Below are positions 51,012 to 64,000 of a stretch of 64,000 nucleotides of DNA, one piece after another; position 1 is the stretch's first letter; every line of letters starts with the position of its first letter. The position numbers and the translations under genes were made by a program. The stretch comes from Eledone cirrhosa (Eukaryota): positions 72,478,001 through 72,542,000 of the forward strand of contig OZ024740.1 of NCBI GenBank assembly GCA_964016885.1, in the 5' to 3' direction. A model generated the notes under the pieces. It did no database searches. It saw nothing but the letters and a program-made list of their open reading frames with translations, and was not told the DNA's origin.

Positions 51012-52170
51012 AGTTTCACCATACAATCTCGGATTAGATCCCTTGTTAAACATATCCAACTAAGAAATATACAGTTTCACCATAACATTTTAGATCAGTT
51101 CCCTTGTTAAACATGTCCAACTAATAAATATACAGTTTCACCATAACATTTTAGATCAGTTCCCTTGTTAGTCATATCCAACTAAGAAATATACAGTTTC
51201 ACCATAACATTTTAGATCAGTTCCCTTGTTAAACATGTCCAACTAAGAAATATACAGTTTCACCATAACATTTTAGATCAGTTCCCTTGTTAAACATGTC
51301 CAACTAAGAAATATACAGTTTCACCATAACATTTTAGATCAGTTCCCTTGTTAGTCATATCCAACTAAGAAATATACAGTTTCACCATAACATTTTAGAT
51401 CAGTTCCCTTGTTAGTCATATCCAACTAAGAAATATACAGTTTCACCATAACATTTTAGATCAGTTCCCTTGTTAAACATGTCCAACTAAGAAATATACA
51501 GTTTCACCATAACATTTTAGATCAGTTCCCTTGTTAGTCATATCCAACTAAGAAATATACAGTTTCACCATAACATTTTAGATCAGTTCCCTTGTTAGTC
51601 ATATCCAACTAAGAAATATACAGTTTCACCATAACATTTTAGATCAGTTCCCTTGTTAAACATGTCCAACTAAGAAATATACAGTTTCACCATAACATTT
51701 TAGATCAGTTCCCTTGTTAGTCATATCCAACTAAGAAATATACAGTTTCACCATAACATTTTAGATCAGTTCCCTTGTTAAACATGTCCAACTAAGAAAT
51801 ATACAGTTTCACCATAATATTTTAGATCAGTTCCCTTGTTAAACATGTCCAACTAAGAAATATACAGTTTCACCATAACATTTTAGATCAGTTCCCTTGT
51901 TAAACATGTCCAACTGAGAAATATACAGTTTCACCATAACATTTTAGATCAGTTCCCTTGTTAGTCATATCCAACTAAGAAATATACAGTTTCACCATAA
52001 CATTTTAGATCAGTTCCCTTGTTAAACATGTCCAACTAAGAAATATACAGTTTCACCATAACATTTTAGATCAGTTCCCTTGTTAAACATGTCCAACTGA
52101 GAAATATACAGTTTCACCATAACATTTTAGATCAGTTCCCTTGTTAAACATGTCCAACTGAGAAATATAT
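51012..52170. repeat. 61-bp tandem repeat, ~19 copies
   Basis: CAGTTTCACCATAACATTTTAGATCAGTTCCCTTGTTA(AACATGT/GTCATAT)CCAACTAAGAAATATA. Confidence 0.97.
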
Positions 52171-52238
52171 TCAATTTTAATGTTGTGTTGTTTGGTAAAC
52201 TTATTTGCTTTGTAAACTTATTTTTTTTTAATTTCCAG

Positions 52239-52328
52239 GTGAATTTCTGGGTGCAGAGAGAAATTCTTAGCTGTTTGACATTGAAAACAAGAGCTGAAGT
52301 ATTAGCCCACTTCATAAAAATAGCAAGG
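52239..52328 (+). CDS. RALGPS: RalGPS exon ([30 protein letters not shown])
   Basis: CAG/GTAAGT, 90 nt, CDC25 motif. Confidence 0.95.
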
Positions 52329-52581
52329 GTAAGTTTCCCGTTAACCTTTTCATTGCCAGATTTTTAATGAGACACTGCTTATGATTATTTAAATAATTGT
52401 TGAAATGATCAAGAATTAGAAATAATTTTGTTATATGAATACTGAAACGATGCTACCAGTATATGCTGGGAAGTGGTTGGTGTTAAGAAGAGCATCCAGC
52501 TATAGAAATACATTCAGCATTCTGAGCACAAAAGTTCTTAAATACTATGTTAGGTTTTGTGGTAAATATAAGCACTTTAAA

Positions 52582-52740
52582 ATAATAATTGTTTCTACTT
52601 TTGTTATCCCTGTGCATTACTGTGCTTTATTCTATCGACCCCGTAAGGATGAAAGATAAAGTTAACCTTAGCAAGATTTGAATTCAGACCATAAAGTGCT
52701 ATAACTCTATGCTGCAAAACATGGCATCCGACCCTCTTCT
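52582..52740 (-). mobile_element. SINE family B, diverged
   Basis: TATCGACCCCGTAAGGATGAAAG...AGATTTGAATTCAG. Confidence 0.75.
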
Positions 52741-53362
52741 GATAAAGGTAGTTAAAATAAGTACTGGTTGACAACCCCTTCACGGCAGTGCCCCAGTATG
52801 GCCACACTCTAATGACTGAAACCAGTAAATGAATACACACAGGTGCGTGCACATTCTTAAGTTTAATGGTGTTTAATGGCACATTCTTAAGTGATTAAGT
52901 GTTGGCACCAGGAAAGGTATCTAACCATAAAACATTGTCTTAAGACCCTGTGATGTGTATGAAGCCTGACATGAGGCCCACAAGACTATCTCCTTGGCCT
53001 TATAAGATGGCTATAACCCAATACTGTATTCGAATTAATGAAAAATTTTTAGAAATTTACTAAAATTAATATTTCATTATTCAGATAGTATTTGTAATAG
53101 AGGTTACAATTAATGTTTAATAAATAAAAGGGTTATTCATCATCATTATATTTTGAAATGGTCTACTGACTTTTGGGTCACCCTGTGTAAAAAAAAAAAG
53201 AGTGATATAAAATCGTTTGAAGATTTTAATCTGTTTAAGAACCATTTAAAATGGTTGGTGCTGTTTCTATAGAATCGGGGGCAGTTTTGGTGGGTTGGTA
53301 TCAAAAGGGTTTAAAATGTTATAGTATGTATAATTTTTTTTTTTTTCCTTCTTTTCTATCAG

Positions 53363-53455
53363 AAATTACTTGACATGAACAACTTACACTCAGTAATGGC
53401 TGTGCTATCAGCTCTTCAGAGTGCTGCAATATTCAGATTATCTAAAACTTGGATG
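53363..53455 (+). CDS. RALGPS: RalGPS exon ([31 protein letters not shown])
   Basis: CAG/GTAAGT, 93 nt; NN.HS...SALQS..IFRL.KTW RasGEF signature. Confidence 0.96.
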
Positions 53456-53759
53456 GTAAGTAGAGTTTATATGTTACTTACTATATATACCCATATATAA
53501 GTCAAGAAATATGTGTAAAAGAAATCAGTGGTAAAATAGGGGTCAGCTTATATTTGATGTTAATATGTTGCCGATGTTTCATCAACTCCAAAATTCTACA
53601 TAAATGAGGTACTAAAATATTTTTGTTTTGGAGGTAAATGTTACACCGGTTTCACTTTTGATGTGAAATTCGTATTTTCTGTTGTTTTTCCAAAATTGAT
53701 AAAAAAAATCATTTCATAATGGAGTTGTGAAACAAAAACTATACTCTAAATGACACTTA

Positions 53760-53935
53760 AGCCTTTAGCATTTAAACCGGCTGTATCTGGCCAGAATTCT
53801 CTCACCTCTTTCTATTCAAACTGGTCAAAACTGGCTGCTCATACTTATGTTAAGGTGTTGTTCTCAAAATAAATATCAAAATCTCAGATTCGACATAATG
53901 TGAAAATACAATAGTAAATATAGAGTAATGTGAAT
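53760..53935. mobile_element. piggyBac-type MITE (family of 29535), right end eroded
   Basis: TTAA GCCTTTAGCATTTAAACCGG... Confidence 0.7.
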
Positions 53936-55024
53936 GAAGGGTGTTTAGAAGTGGAGAGGTAGTATACCTGTAATTGGAGGTAGAGAAATAGGTATTAATA
54001 CAGTGTGAAGATATATCTTCACGCACGCGTGCGCGCGCTTTAAATATAAAAATATTAAAACATTAAAACATTCTCCACTCATGAGAATTTCAAAACCACA
54101 TCATCTACACTTAATGTGTTGATTACTTGCCTTGGCTTTTAAACGAAGTTTAGATTTTTGTCTATTTCTCAGACATAAAATAGGTGTTTAGTTTATATTT
54201 GAGTATATACGGTAACTATCTATTCTCTGGGTTTTATATTTTGTTGTGTTGCTCCAGTGAGCCTTGATTGAGAATATTTGTTTTACATTTGTTTACATTT
54301 ACTGCAGTGAAGGCCCTATACAGTTGAGTGTAGGAAGGACGTTGGCATGAATATGTATTGGATGGCTACATAAATGTGGTGGTGTCTTATTGAATGGAAG
54401 AGTGTTTGCTGCATATGTGAGAAGTGCCAAAATTTATGGGATCAAGGCATGTGATGAACATAGACTAGCAGAGAAGACTGGAAAGAACAGAAATGAGTGG
54501 AGAATACAAACAATGAATTGCTGAGGTTGATGGAAATAGAGCCTGTGATGAATTTTGTGGAGAGAAATGGAGTGCGATGGCTGAGTCATGTCTTGAAGAA
54601 AGATGAAAATGATTGGGTGATTGGGTAATTTAAAACCAGCAGACCTTGGTCAACTTGAAGTTTAGTGTAAGGGCATGCTGTAAGTGGCATGCTGTTTTTT
54701 TTACAGGAGAAAAAATATAAGACATTTATAGTAAAACTAATTCCAATGTTTATTAATATATTGGGTTGGTGCTGTGTATATCTGATATAGAATATGAATA
54801 CAATATCATTGTATATTGTAAGAAGCAACTAAAAAGGTTGGAGTTAAGAAGGGCATCTGGTTGTAAAATATTGTCTCACAAAGATCCCCATAAGGAGTAT
54901 AAAGCCTGCTATGGACCTTGCAAGGCTAACTCCTGCTCCAGCAAGGAAAACAACCTTAAAATGCTTGTTGTGTTAGCATTGAAAGTAAATTGAAATCCAC
55001 ACCAGAATCAGAGACATTGTAATT

Positions 55025-55315
55025 ATAATAATAATAATAATGAAATTATTGTGTACAGTGCTCAGGTGCATTACAACTCATCAAAGGTGCATAGAATAAT
55101 GTTCAAATGTCTGGAAAATGAACAGTGTATGAGTCATGAAATACATGTGTGCGTGTGTATGGAGGGGGGGGGGCATCAGGGCAGTGTTGGCGAATTTTAG
55201 GAAGCATGGAGGTTTTAAAGGATGCAGTGTCTCGATAGCTAACAACTGATGCAGGTAGTTTGTTCCATGCTTCAGCAATTCTGAGCGTGAAAAAATGTTT
55301 CCGAAAGTCATGGGA
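55025..55315 (-). mobile_element. CR1-like LINE 3' fragment with (ATT)n tail
   Basis: FRKHFFTLRIAEAWNKLP resembles the CR1-group C-terminal motif (FF..RV...WN.LP). Confidence 0.75.
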
Positions 55316-55399
55316 AGAGAAGACAGATTGGTTTGTCAAATATATTTCATGTATGAACCATGTAGAAATGGTATGATGTATGTTTTACACTGGAAAATA

Positions 55400-56160
55400 A
55401 CAAAAATTATTTCTAACATTGGCACAAGGCCAGCAATTTGTGGGGAGGAGAAAGTTAATTATATGGACCCCAGTGCTTTACTGGTACTTCAATTTATTGA
55501 TTACAGAAGGATGAAAGGCAAAGTTGACTTTGACAGGATTTGAACTCAGAACTTAAAAGAACTACACACCACGAAGTATTTTGTCTGACACTAATTGATT
55601 TGTTAATCACCATTTTCATTAAAATAATTTTCTACATTTGGTACAAAAACCTCTAATTTTGGGGAGGGAAAAAATCGATAAGGATGAAAGGCAAAGTTGA
55701 CTTAGTCAGGATTTGTACTTGAACATAAAGGGCTGTGACTAAATACTAGGAAGCATTTTGTCTGATGCTCTAACTCTGCCAATCAAAGGCCTTTATCTAC
55801 TTTTTATAAAATATTGCTTTCTGATTTAGGCACAAGACCAACAATTTTGAGGGAAGGGGAAAGTCATTTATTTCAACTCTAGTGCATCACTGGTACTTTA
55901 TTTTATCAGTCACAGAAGGATGAAAGGCAAAGCTAACCTCAGCAGGATTTGAACTCAGTGTAAAAGGCCGTAACTCTATGCTACTTTCTATAAAATGATT
56001 TCTACTAGAGGCACAAAGCCAGAAATTTGGGGAGAGGGAAAAGTCGATTAAATCAACCCCAGCACATTACTGGTACTTTATATTATCGACATCGTAAGGA
56101 TGAAAGGCAAAACTAACCTTAGCAGGATTTGAACTCAGACTGTGAAAAGCCGTTACTGTC
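55400..56160 (-). mobile_element. Cluster of four head-to-tail diverged SINE B copies
   Basis: AGGATGAAAGGCAAA at ~55508, 55681, 55917 and 56097. Confidence 0.8.
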
Positions 56161-57482
56161 ACTTTCTATAAAATAATGAAAACAAAAGCTAAAACAAACT
56201 CATTATAAAGACTAAAGTCATAACAAAATTTACTTTCAATAGTCATTAATATACTGTTATTGCGATGCCATTTTTCTAGGAACAGTTTATGTAGAAATAA
56301 TAACAAAAACAAAAACAAAGAAAAGCCAAACAAGGGGATTGTTAAAAAAGTGCATTAATTGATGAAACAAACAACTAAAAAAACATGGCTGCCCAATTAA
56401 GCAGGAGACATGTTTGTTAATCAATCATTTTTTTGTGTAATTGAGATTCTAAACTCCCACTACACATTCCCTTCCACCCACTTTGATATCTAATACAAAA
56501 CACAAACATTTAGTGTGAACATAGGGTTATTGTTCTGGTTCTTGAGGGTGGTGGTGGTTGCTGGTGGGGATGATGGCAGCAGTGGTGGTGGGGGTGATGG
56601 CAGCAGTGGTGGTGGTGTTGGTGGGGGTGATTGCGGCAGTGGTGCTGACCTTGGTGGGGGTAATGGCAGCAGTGGTGTTGATGTTGGTGGGTGTGGTATT
56701 GGTAGTGGTGGCAATGGTGATGGTAGTGTTGGTAGTTGTGGGATGGTGCTGTTACTGAGGAGTCACTGCTTTAAAAACTGCATTGTACTGTTCTTTGTAG
56801 TAGAATTGGGTCAAGTTTCAAAAGCACCCAAACCAATTATATTTAGAGTTGTTTTGTTTTTAAAGTTTTAATCAATATTTGAATTAAAAATAACAAAAAC
56901 CAAACCCAAATAGCTAGTGACATCTAGTAATGCCAGGCTACCATTAGTTGGGTCTAAAATTTGGCTTTCATTTCTGGTTGTAGCCATTTTATTATTATTT
57001 TTTATGTTACTACTAATGGACTTGCTAAAAACATTATTGTCACATTTTTCTCAGGCTTCCTCTGATGTTGGTTAAAAACTAAGAATATTGGTATTTCTTG
57101 GTAGTTACAGAGAAAGAGAGTGAGAAATAGAGAGAGAAATGAGACAGAGAGAGAGAGACTCACAGGCATACAGATTGACATGTATAGGCATACAAAACTA
57201 CATCTATTATTCAGTCGAGTACAACTTTGTTGTATGTACCATGCTTTTGTGAAGGGTTTTAAGTGCCCCATGCATTCATGAACAAAGATACCCTCTCAAC
57301 CCTCCCCTCCTTGATCCAGGGAAACATCCAGGATGCAACAGCTGGAAGGTTAGAGTGGGTTGTGCCTATACCCTACTCACATGTATTGAGTACTCATTCT
57401 GTTAATGTTTGAATGTTCTATGTATGCCTGTTCATAAAACATCCCTTCAGTATGTGTGTGTGTGTGTGTATATATATATATA

Positions 57483-57676
57483 AAGTGGACGTGTAGGCGC
57501 CACGGAAAAAAAGCACCCAGCACTCACTGTAAATGAGGTTGGTGTTAGGAAGGGCATCCAGTAGAAATCAAGCCAAAATCAGTTCTTGTATGAGCAAAAT
57601 CAGTTCCTGCCCACAACAGGACAACCCGTCTAACTCATGCTAGCATGGAAGAACGGACGTAAAACGATGATGATGA
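57483..57676 (+). mobile_element. 3' UTR module of the LINE-d family (truncated)
   Basis: Reverse-complement similarity to 38730-38950. Confidence 0.75.
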
Positions 57677-57957
57677 TATATATATAATATATATACATAT
57701 ACATGTTTATTTAACAATTTCATTATTATGTTTCTGGATGAGTGGAGTATCACTCACAGAGAAGACAAACAATGAATTGCAGAGAATGACTGAGAATAGA
57801 ACCAGTGATGAATGTTGTGAAGAGAAATAGAATGAGATGGCTGAGTCATGTGTTGAGGAAGGATGAAAGTGACTGGGTGTGAGGTGTAATGGAAATAAAT
57901 GCAGAATAAGTTGAGGAAAGGAAGGATCAAGAAGACATGGTTTAAGAAGATAAGAGG

Positions 57958-58148
57958 AAATAATTGTTTCTATTTTAGGCACAAGGCCAACAATTACCCA
58001 GTACATTACTGGTACTTTATTTTATCGACCCAGTAAGGATGAAAGGCAAAGTTAACCTCGGCGGGATTTGAACTCAGATCATAAAGGGACGCAACTCTAT
58101 GCTTCAAAGCATGGTGTCCGACTCTCTACCGATACTGCCAATCCACCG
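57958..58148 (-). mobile_element. SINE family B
   Basis: Reverse complement of 11106-11292. Confidence 0.87.
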
Positions 58149-58314
58149 GAAATAATGCAAGTGGGTTGGTGAAGTAGAATGCAGACAATAGGGCAAAATA
58201 AAGAATCTTGTAATGAGGTCTCATTGGCTAACCTTTACTTTAGCAGAGAAAATAGCCATAAAACACTTGTATCTAGTTGATTTAATAGTTTATTATTGTC
58301 TCTAAATATTTCAG

Positions 58315-58438
58315 ATGTTGTCTCGTAAAGATAAATCCTCCTATGAAAAGATAGCTGACCTCTTCTCTGAGAACAACAACAGACAAAAGTTACGGGATTA
58401 CATGGATCACGTCAAATTGCCCTGCATTCCTTATCTAG
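58315..58438 (+). CDS. RALGPS: RalGPS exon (MLSRKDKSSYEK...KLPCIPYLG); the gene continues beyond the window
   Basis: CAG/GTGAGT, 124 nt (phase 1), PCIPYLG RasGEF motif. Confidence 0.95.
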
Positions 58439-58689
58439 GTGAGTATCTATACAGTTTTATGTAGGGGTTGGGGCATTACATCATCAGCATGTTCATCATC
58501 TCGCATCAATTTATGTGCCAGTTATTTAACCCCAGTCTATCCCTAATCTTGCAGACCTATATTGAAAAATATTTCAGCTATGACTACATATTTTCTTCAG
58601 TCAAAATATATCTATCACTCCAGACATAGTTTCTAGAAATACAGCCTTAGTCTATCTATAACTACAGCTATAGTATATCCACAACTGTA

Positions 58690-58979
58690 GGCCCCATTCG
58701 GTCACAAATGACCATGGCTTTGCACAAGCCTGGGCAAGATGTGTTTGTGGAAGACCAGCAGTCGCCCATGCGTGCCAGACTCCCCTCTCCATGCCACCAA
58801 TGTTGTCCAAAGGAAAGGGAATGGCCAATACAGCTTGGCACCAGTGACTCCTTTCTACAGCTGAGTGAACTGTAACGTGAAATAAAGTGTCTTGTTCAAA
58901 AATACAACACACCACCTAGCCCATGATTCAAACTCATGGCCTTATGATTGTGAGCTCAACGCTCTAACCACTAAGCCAT
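58690..58979 (-). mobile_element. CORE-like SINE family C
   Basis: Similar to 47530-47862. Confidence 0.75.
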
Positions 58980-61900
58980 CAACAGTGTATCTATAACTAC
59001 ATCAACAGTGTATCTATAACTACATCAACAGTGTATCTATAACTACATCAACAGTGTATCTATAACTACAGCAACAGTGTATCTATAACTACAGCAACAG
59101 TGTATCTATAACTACAGCAACAGTGTATCTATAACTACAGCAACAGTGTATCTATAACTACAGCAACAGTGTATCTATAACTACAGCAACAGTGTATCTA
59201 TAACTACAGCAACAGTGTATCTATAACTACAGCAACAGTCTATCTATAACTACAGCAACAGTCTATCTATAACTACAGCAACAGTCTATCTATAACTACA
59301 GCAACAGTCTATCTATAACTACAGCAACAGTCTATCTATAACTACAGCAACAGTCTATCTATAACTACAGCAACAGTCTATCTATAACTACAGCAACAGT
59401 CTATCTATAACTACAGCAACAGTCTATCTATAACTACAGCAACAGTCTATCTATAACTACAGCAACAGTCTATCTATAACTACAGCGACAGTCTATCTAT
59501 AACTACAGCAACAGTCTATCTATAACTACAGCAACAGTCTATCTATAACTACAGCAACAGTCTATCTATAACTACAGCAACAATCTATCTATAACTACAG
59601 CAACAGTCTATCTATAACTACAGCAACAGTCTATCTATAACTACAGCAACAGTCTATCTATAACTACAGCAACAGTGTATCTATAACTACAGCAACAGTG
59701 TATCTATAACTACAGCAACAGTGTATCTATAACTACAGCAACAGTGTATCTATAACTACAGCAACAGTGTATCTATAACTACAGCAACAGTGTATCTATA
59801 ACTACAGCAACAGTGTATCTATAGCTACAGCAACAGTGTATCTATAGCTACAGCAACAGTGTATCTATAGCTACAGCAACAGTGTATCTATAACTACAGC
59901 AACGGTGTATCTATAACTACAGCAACGGTGTATCTATAACTACAGCAACGGTGTATCTATAACTACAGCAACGGTGTATCTATAACTACAGCAACGGTGT
60001 ATCTATAACTACAGCAACGGTGTATCTATAACTACAGCAACGGTGTATCTATAACTACAGCAACGGTGTATCTATAACTACAGCAACGGTGTATCTATAA
60101 CTACAGCAACGGTGTATCTATGACTACAGCAACGGTGTATCTATAACTACAGCAACGGTGTATCTATAACTACAGCAACGGTGTATCTATAACTACAGCA
60201 ACGGTGTATCTATAACTACAGCAACAGTGTATCTATAACTACAGCAACAGTGTATCTATAACTACAGCAACAGTGTATCTATAACTACAGCAACAGTGTA
60301 TCTATAACTACAGCAACAGTGTATCTATAACTACAGCAACAGTGTATCTATAACTACAGCAACAGTGTATCTATAACTACAGCAACAGTGTATCTATAAC
60401 TACAGCAACAGTGTATCTATAACTACAGCAACGGTGTATCTATAACTTCAGCAACGGTGTATCTATAACTACAGCAACGGTGTATCTATAACTACAGCAA
60501 CAGTGTATCTATAACTACAGCAACGGTGTATCTATAACTACAGCAACGGTGTATCTATAACTACAGCAACGGTGTATCTATAACTACAGCAACGGTGTAT
60601 CTATAACTACAGCAACGGTGTATCTATAACTACAGCAACGGTGTATCTATAACTACAGCAACGGTGTATCTATAACTACAGCAACGGTGTATCTATAACT
60701 ACAGCAACGGTGTATCTATAACTACAGCAACAGTGTATCTATAACTACAGCAACAGTGTATCTATAACTACAGCAACAGTGTATCTATAACTACAGCAAC
60801 AGTGTATCTATAACTACAGCAACAGTGTATCTATAACTACAGCAACAGTGTATCTATAACTGCAGCAACAGTGTATCTATAACTGCAGCAACAGTGTATC
60901 TATAACTGCAGCAACAGTGTATCTATAACTGCAGCAACAGTGTATCTATAACTGCAGCAACAGTGTATCTATAACTGCAGCAACAGTGTATCTATAACTG
61001 CAGCAACAGTGTATCTATAACGGCAGCAACAGTGTATCTATAACGACAGCAACAGTGTATCTATAACGACAGCAACAGTGTATCTATAACGACAGCAACA
61101 GTGTATCTATAACTACAGCAACAGTGTATCTATAACTACAGCAACAGTGTATCTATAACTACAGCAACAGTGTATCTATAACTACAGCAACAGTGTATCT
61201 ATAACTACAGCAATAGTGTATCTATAACTACAGCAACAGTGTATCTACTGCAGCAACAGTGTATCTATAACTGCAGCAAGTGTATCTATAACTGCAGCAA
61301 GTGTATCTATAACTTCAGCAACAGTGTATCTATAACTTCAGCAACAGTGTATCTATAACGACAGCAACAGTGTATCTATAACTACAGCAACAGTGTATCT
61401 ATAACTACAGCAACAGTGTATCTATAACTACAGCAACAGTGTATCTATAACTACAGCAACAGTGTATCTATAACTACAGCAACAGTGTATCTATAACTAC
61501 AGCAACAGTGTATCTATAACGACAGCAACAGTGTATCTATAACGACAGCAACAGTGTATCTATAACGACAGCAACAGTGTATCTATAACGACAGCAACAG
61601 TGTATCTATAACGACAGCAACAGTGTATCTATAACGACAGCAACAGTGTATCTATAACTACAGCAACAGTGTATCTATAACTACAGCAACAGTGTATCTA
61701 TAACTACAGCAACAGTATCTATAACTACAGCAACAGTATCTATAACTACAGCAACAGTGTATCTATAACTACAGCAACAGTGTATCTATAACTACAGCAA
61801 CAGTGTATCTATAACTACAGCAACAGTGTATCTATAACTACAGCAATAGTGTATCTATAACTACAGCAATAGTGTATCTATAACTACAGCAATAGTGTAT

Positions 61901-64000
61901 CTATAACTACAGCAATAGTGTATCTATAACTACAGCAATAGTGTATCTATAACTACAGCAATAGTGTATCTATAACTACAGCAACAGTGTATCTACTGCA
62001 GCAACAGTGTATCTATAACTGCAGCAAGTGTATCTATAACTGCAGCAACAGTGTATCTATAACTGCAGCAACAGTGTATCTATAACTGCAGCAACAGTGT
62101 ATCTATAACTACAGCAACAGTGTATCTATAACTACAGCAACAGTGTATCTATAACTGCAGCAACAGTGTATCTATAGCTGCAGCAACAGTGTATCTATAG
62201 CTGCAGCAACAGTGTATCTATAACTCCAGCAACAGTGTATCTATAACTACAGCAACAGTGTAGCTATAACTACAGCAACAGTGTATCTATAACTACAGCA
62301 ACAGTGTATCTATAACTACAGCAACAGTCTATCTATAACTACAGCAACAGTGTATCTATAACTACAGCAACAGTGTATCTATAACTACAGCAACAGTGTA
62401 TCTATAACTACAGCAACAGTGTATCTATAACTACAGCAACAGTGTATCTATAGCTTCAGCAACAGTGTATCTATAGCTGCAGCAACAGTGTATCTATAGC
62501 TGCAGCAACAGTGTATCTATAACTGCAGCAACAGTGTATCTATAACTACAGCAACAGTGTAGCTATAACTACAGCAACAGTGTATCTATAACTACAGCAA
62601 CAGTCTATCTATAACTACAGCAACAGTCTATCTATAACTACAGCAACAGTCTATCTATAACTACAGCAACAGTCTATCTATAACTACAGCAACAGTCTAT
62701 CTATAACTACAGCAACAGTCTATCTATAACTACAGCAACAGTCTATCTATAACTACAGCAACAGTCTATCTATAACTACAGCAACAGTCTATCTATAACT
62801 ACAGCAACAGTCTATCTATAACTACAGCAACAGTCTATCTATAACTACAGCAACAGTCTATCTATAACTACAGCAACAGTCTATCTATAACTACAGCAAC
62901 AGTCTATCTATAACTACAGCAACAGTGTATCTATAACTACAGCAACAGTGTATCTATAACTACAGCAACAGTGTATCTATAACTACAGCAACAGTGTATC
63001 TATAACTACAGCAACAGTGTATCTATAACTACAGCAACAGTGTATCTATAACTACAGCAACAGTGTATCTATAACTACAGCAACAGTGTATCTATAACTA
63101 CAGCAACAGTGTATCTATAACTACAGCAACAGTGTATCTATAACTGCAGCAACAGTGTATCTATAACTGCAGCAACAGTGTATCTATAACTGCAGCACCA
63201 GTGTATCTATAGCTGCAGCAATAGTGTATCTATAGCTGCAGCAACAGTGTATCTATAGCTGCAGCAACAGTGTATCTATAACTGCAGCAACAGTGTATCT
63301 ATAACTACAGCAACAGTGTAGCTATAACTACAGCAACAGTGTATCTATAACTACAGCAACAGTCTATCTATAACTACAGCAACAGTCTATCTATAACTAC
63401 AGCAACAGTCTATCTATAACTACAGCAACAGTCTATCTATAACTACAGCAACAGTGTATCTATAACTACAGCAACAGTGTATCTATAACTACAGCAACAG
63501 TGTATCTATAACAACAGCAACAGTGTATCTATAACAACAGCAACAGTGTATCTATAACTACAGCAACAGTGTATCTATAACTACAGCAACAGTGTATCTA
63601 TAACTACAGCAACAGTGTATCTATAACTACAGCAACAGTGTATTTATAACTACAGCAACAGTGTATCTATAACTACATCAACAGTGTATCTATAACTACA
63701 GCAACAGTGTATCTATAACTACAGCAACAGTGTATCTATAACGACAGCAACAGTGTATCTATAACGACAGCAACAGTGTATCTATAACGACAGCAACAGT
63801 GTATCTATAACGACAGCAACAGTGTATCTATAACGACAGCAACAGTGTATCTATAACGACAGCAACAGTGTATCTATAACAACAGCAACAGTGTATCTAT
63901 AACGACAGCAACAGTGTATCTATAACGACAGCAATAGTGTATCTATAACTACAGCAATAGTGTATCTATAACTACAGCAACAGTGTATCTACTGCAGCAA
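58977..64000. repeat. 23-bp satellite ACAGCAACAGTGTATCTATAACT, >5 kb, runs off the window
   Basis: About 218 units by length; sequence variants occur in blocks. Confidence 0.98.

Noticed and set aside
51012-52170. Hammerhead ribozyme or retrozyme in the 61-bp repeat (minus strand CTGAT...GAAAC)
   Set aside because: The core reads CTGATCT rather than CTGANGA, and no convincing stems were seen.
56490-56871. Gly-rich and Pro-rich ORFs
   Set aside because: Degenerate (GGT)n low-complexity tract.
51012-64000. CRISPR-like arrays (61-bp and 23-bp repeats)
   Set aside because: No unique spacers, no cas genes, eukaryotic intron context.

Overview
Eukaryotic, AT-rich, repeat-dense animal DNA. The SINE, LINE and microsatellite content suggests an octopod cephalopod, but that is inference. 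One host gene is present: the 5' part of a RalGPS-type Ras-family GEF on the + strand, with seven phase-compatible coding exons (25541-58438) encoding the N-terminus and most of the CDC25/RasGEF domain, continuing beyond the window. Bases 1-21.7 kb are a cluster of RTE-clade LINEs embedded in (TA/TG/TATG)n microsatellite fields: one uninterrupted APE-RT-3xC2H2 ORF, one element with a single stop, one frameshifted element and one truncated copy, plus three non-autonomous derivatives. The introns hold two main tRNA-derived SINE families, further LINE fragments, a Helitron with five 5' ends and one 3' end, palindromic and TTAA-type MITEs, and 23-, 33- and 61-bp tandem arrays. The most interesting signals are: a zinc-finger RTE with a bipartite non-autonomous partner, (TATG)n tails and a candidate HDV-like ribozyme; modular sequence exchange between LINE UTRs and SINEs; short templated insertions at 5' junctions; and the multi-headed Helitron.
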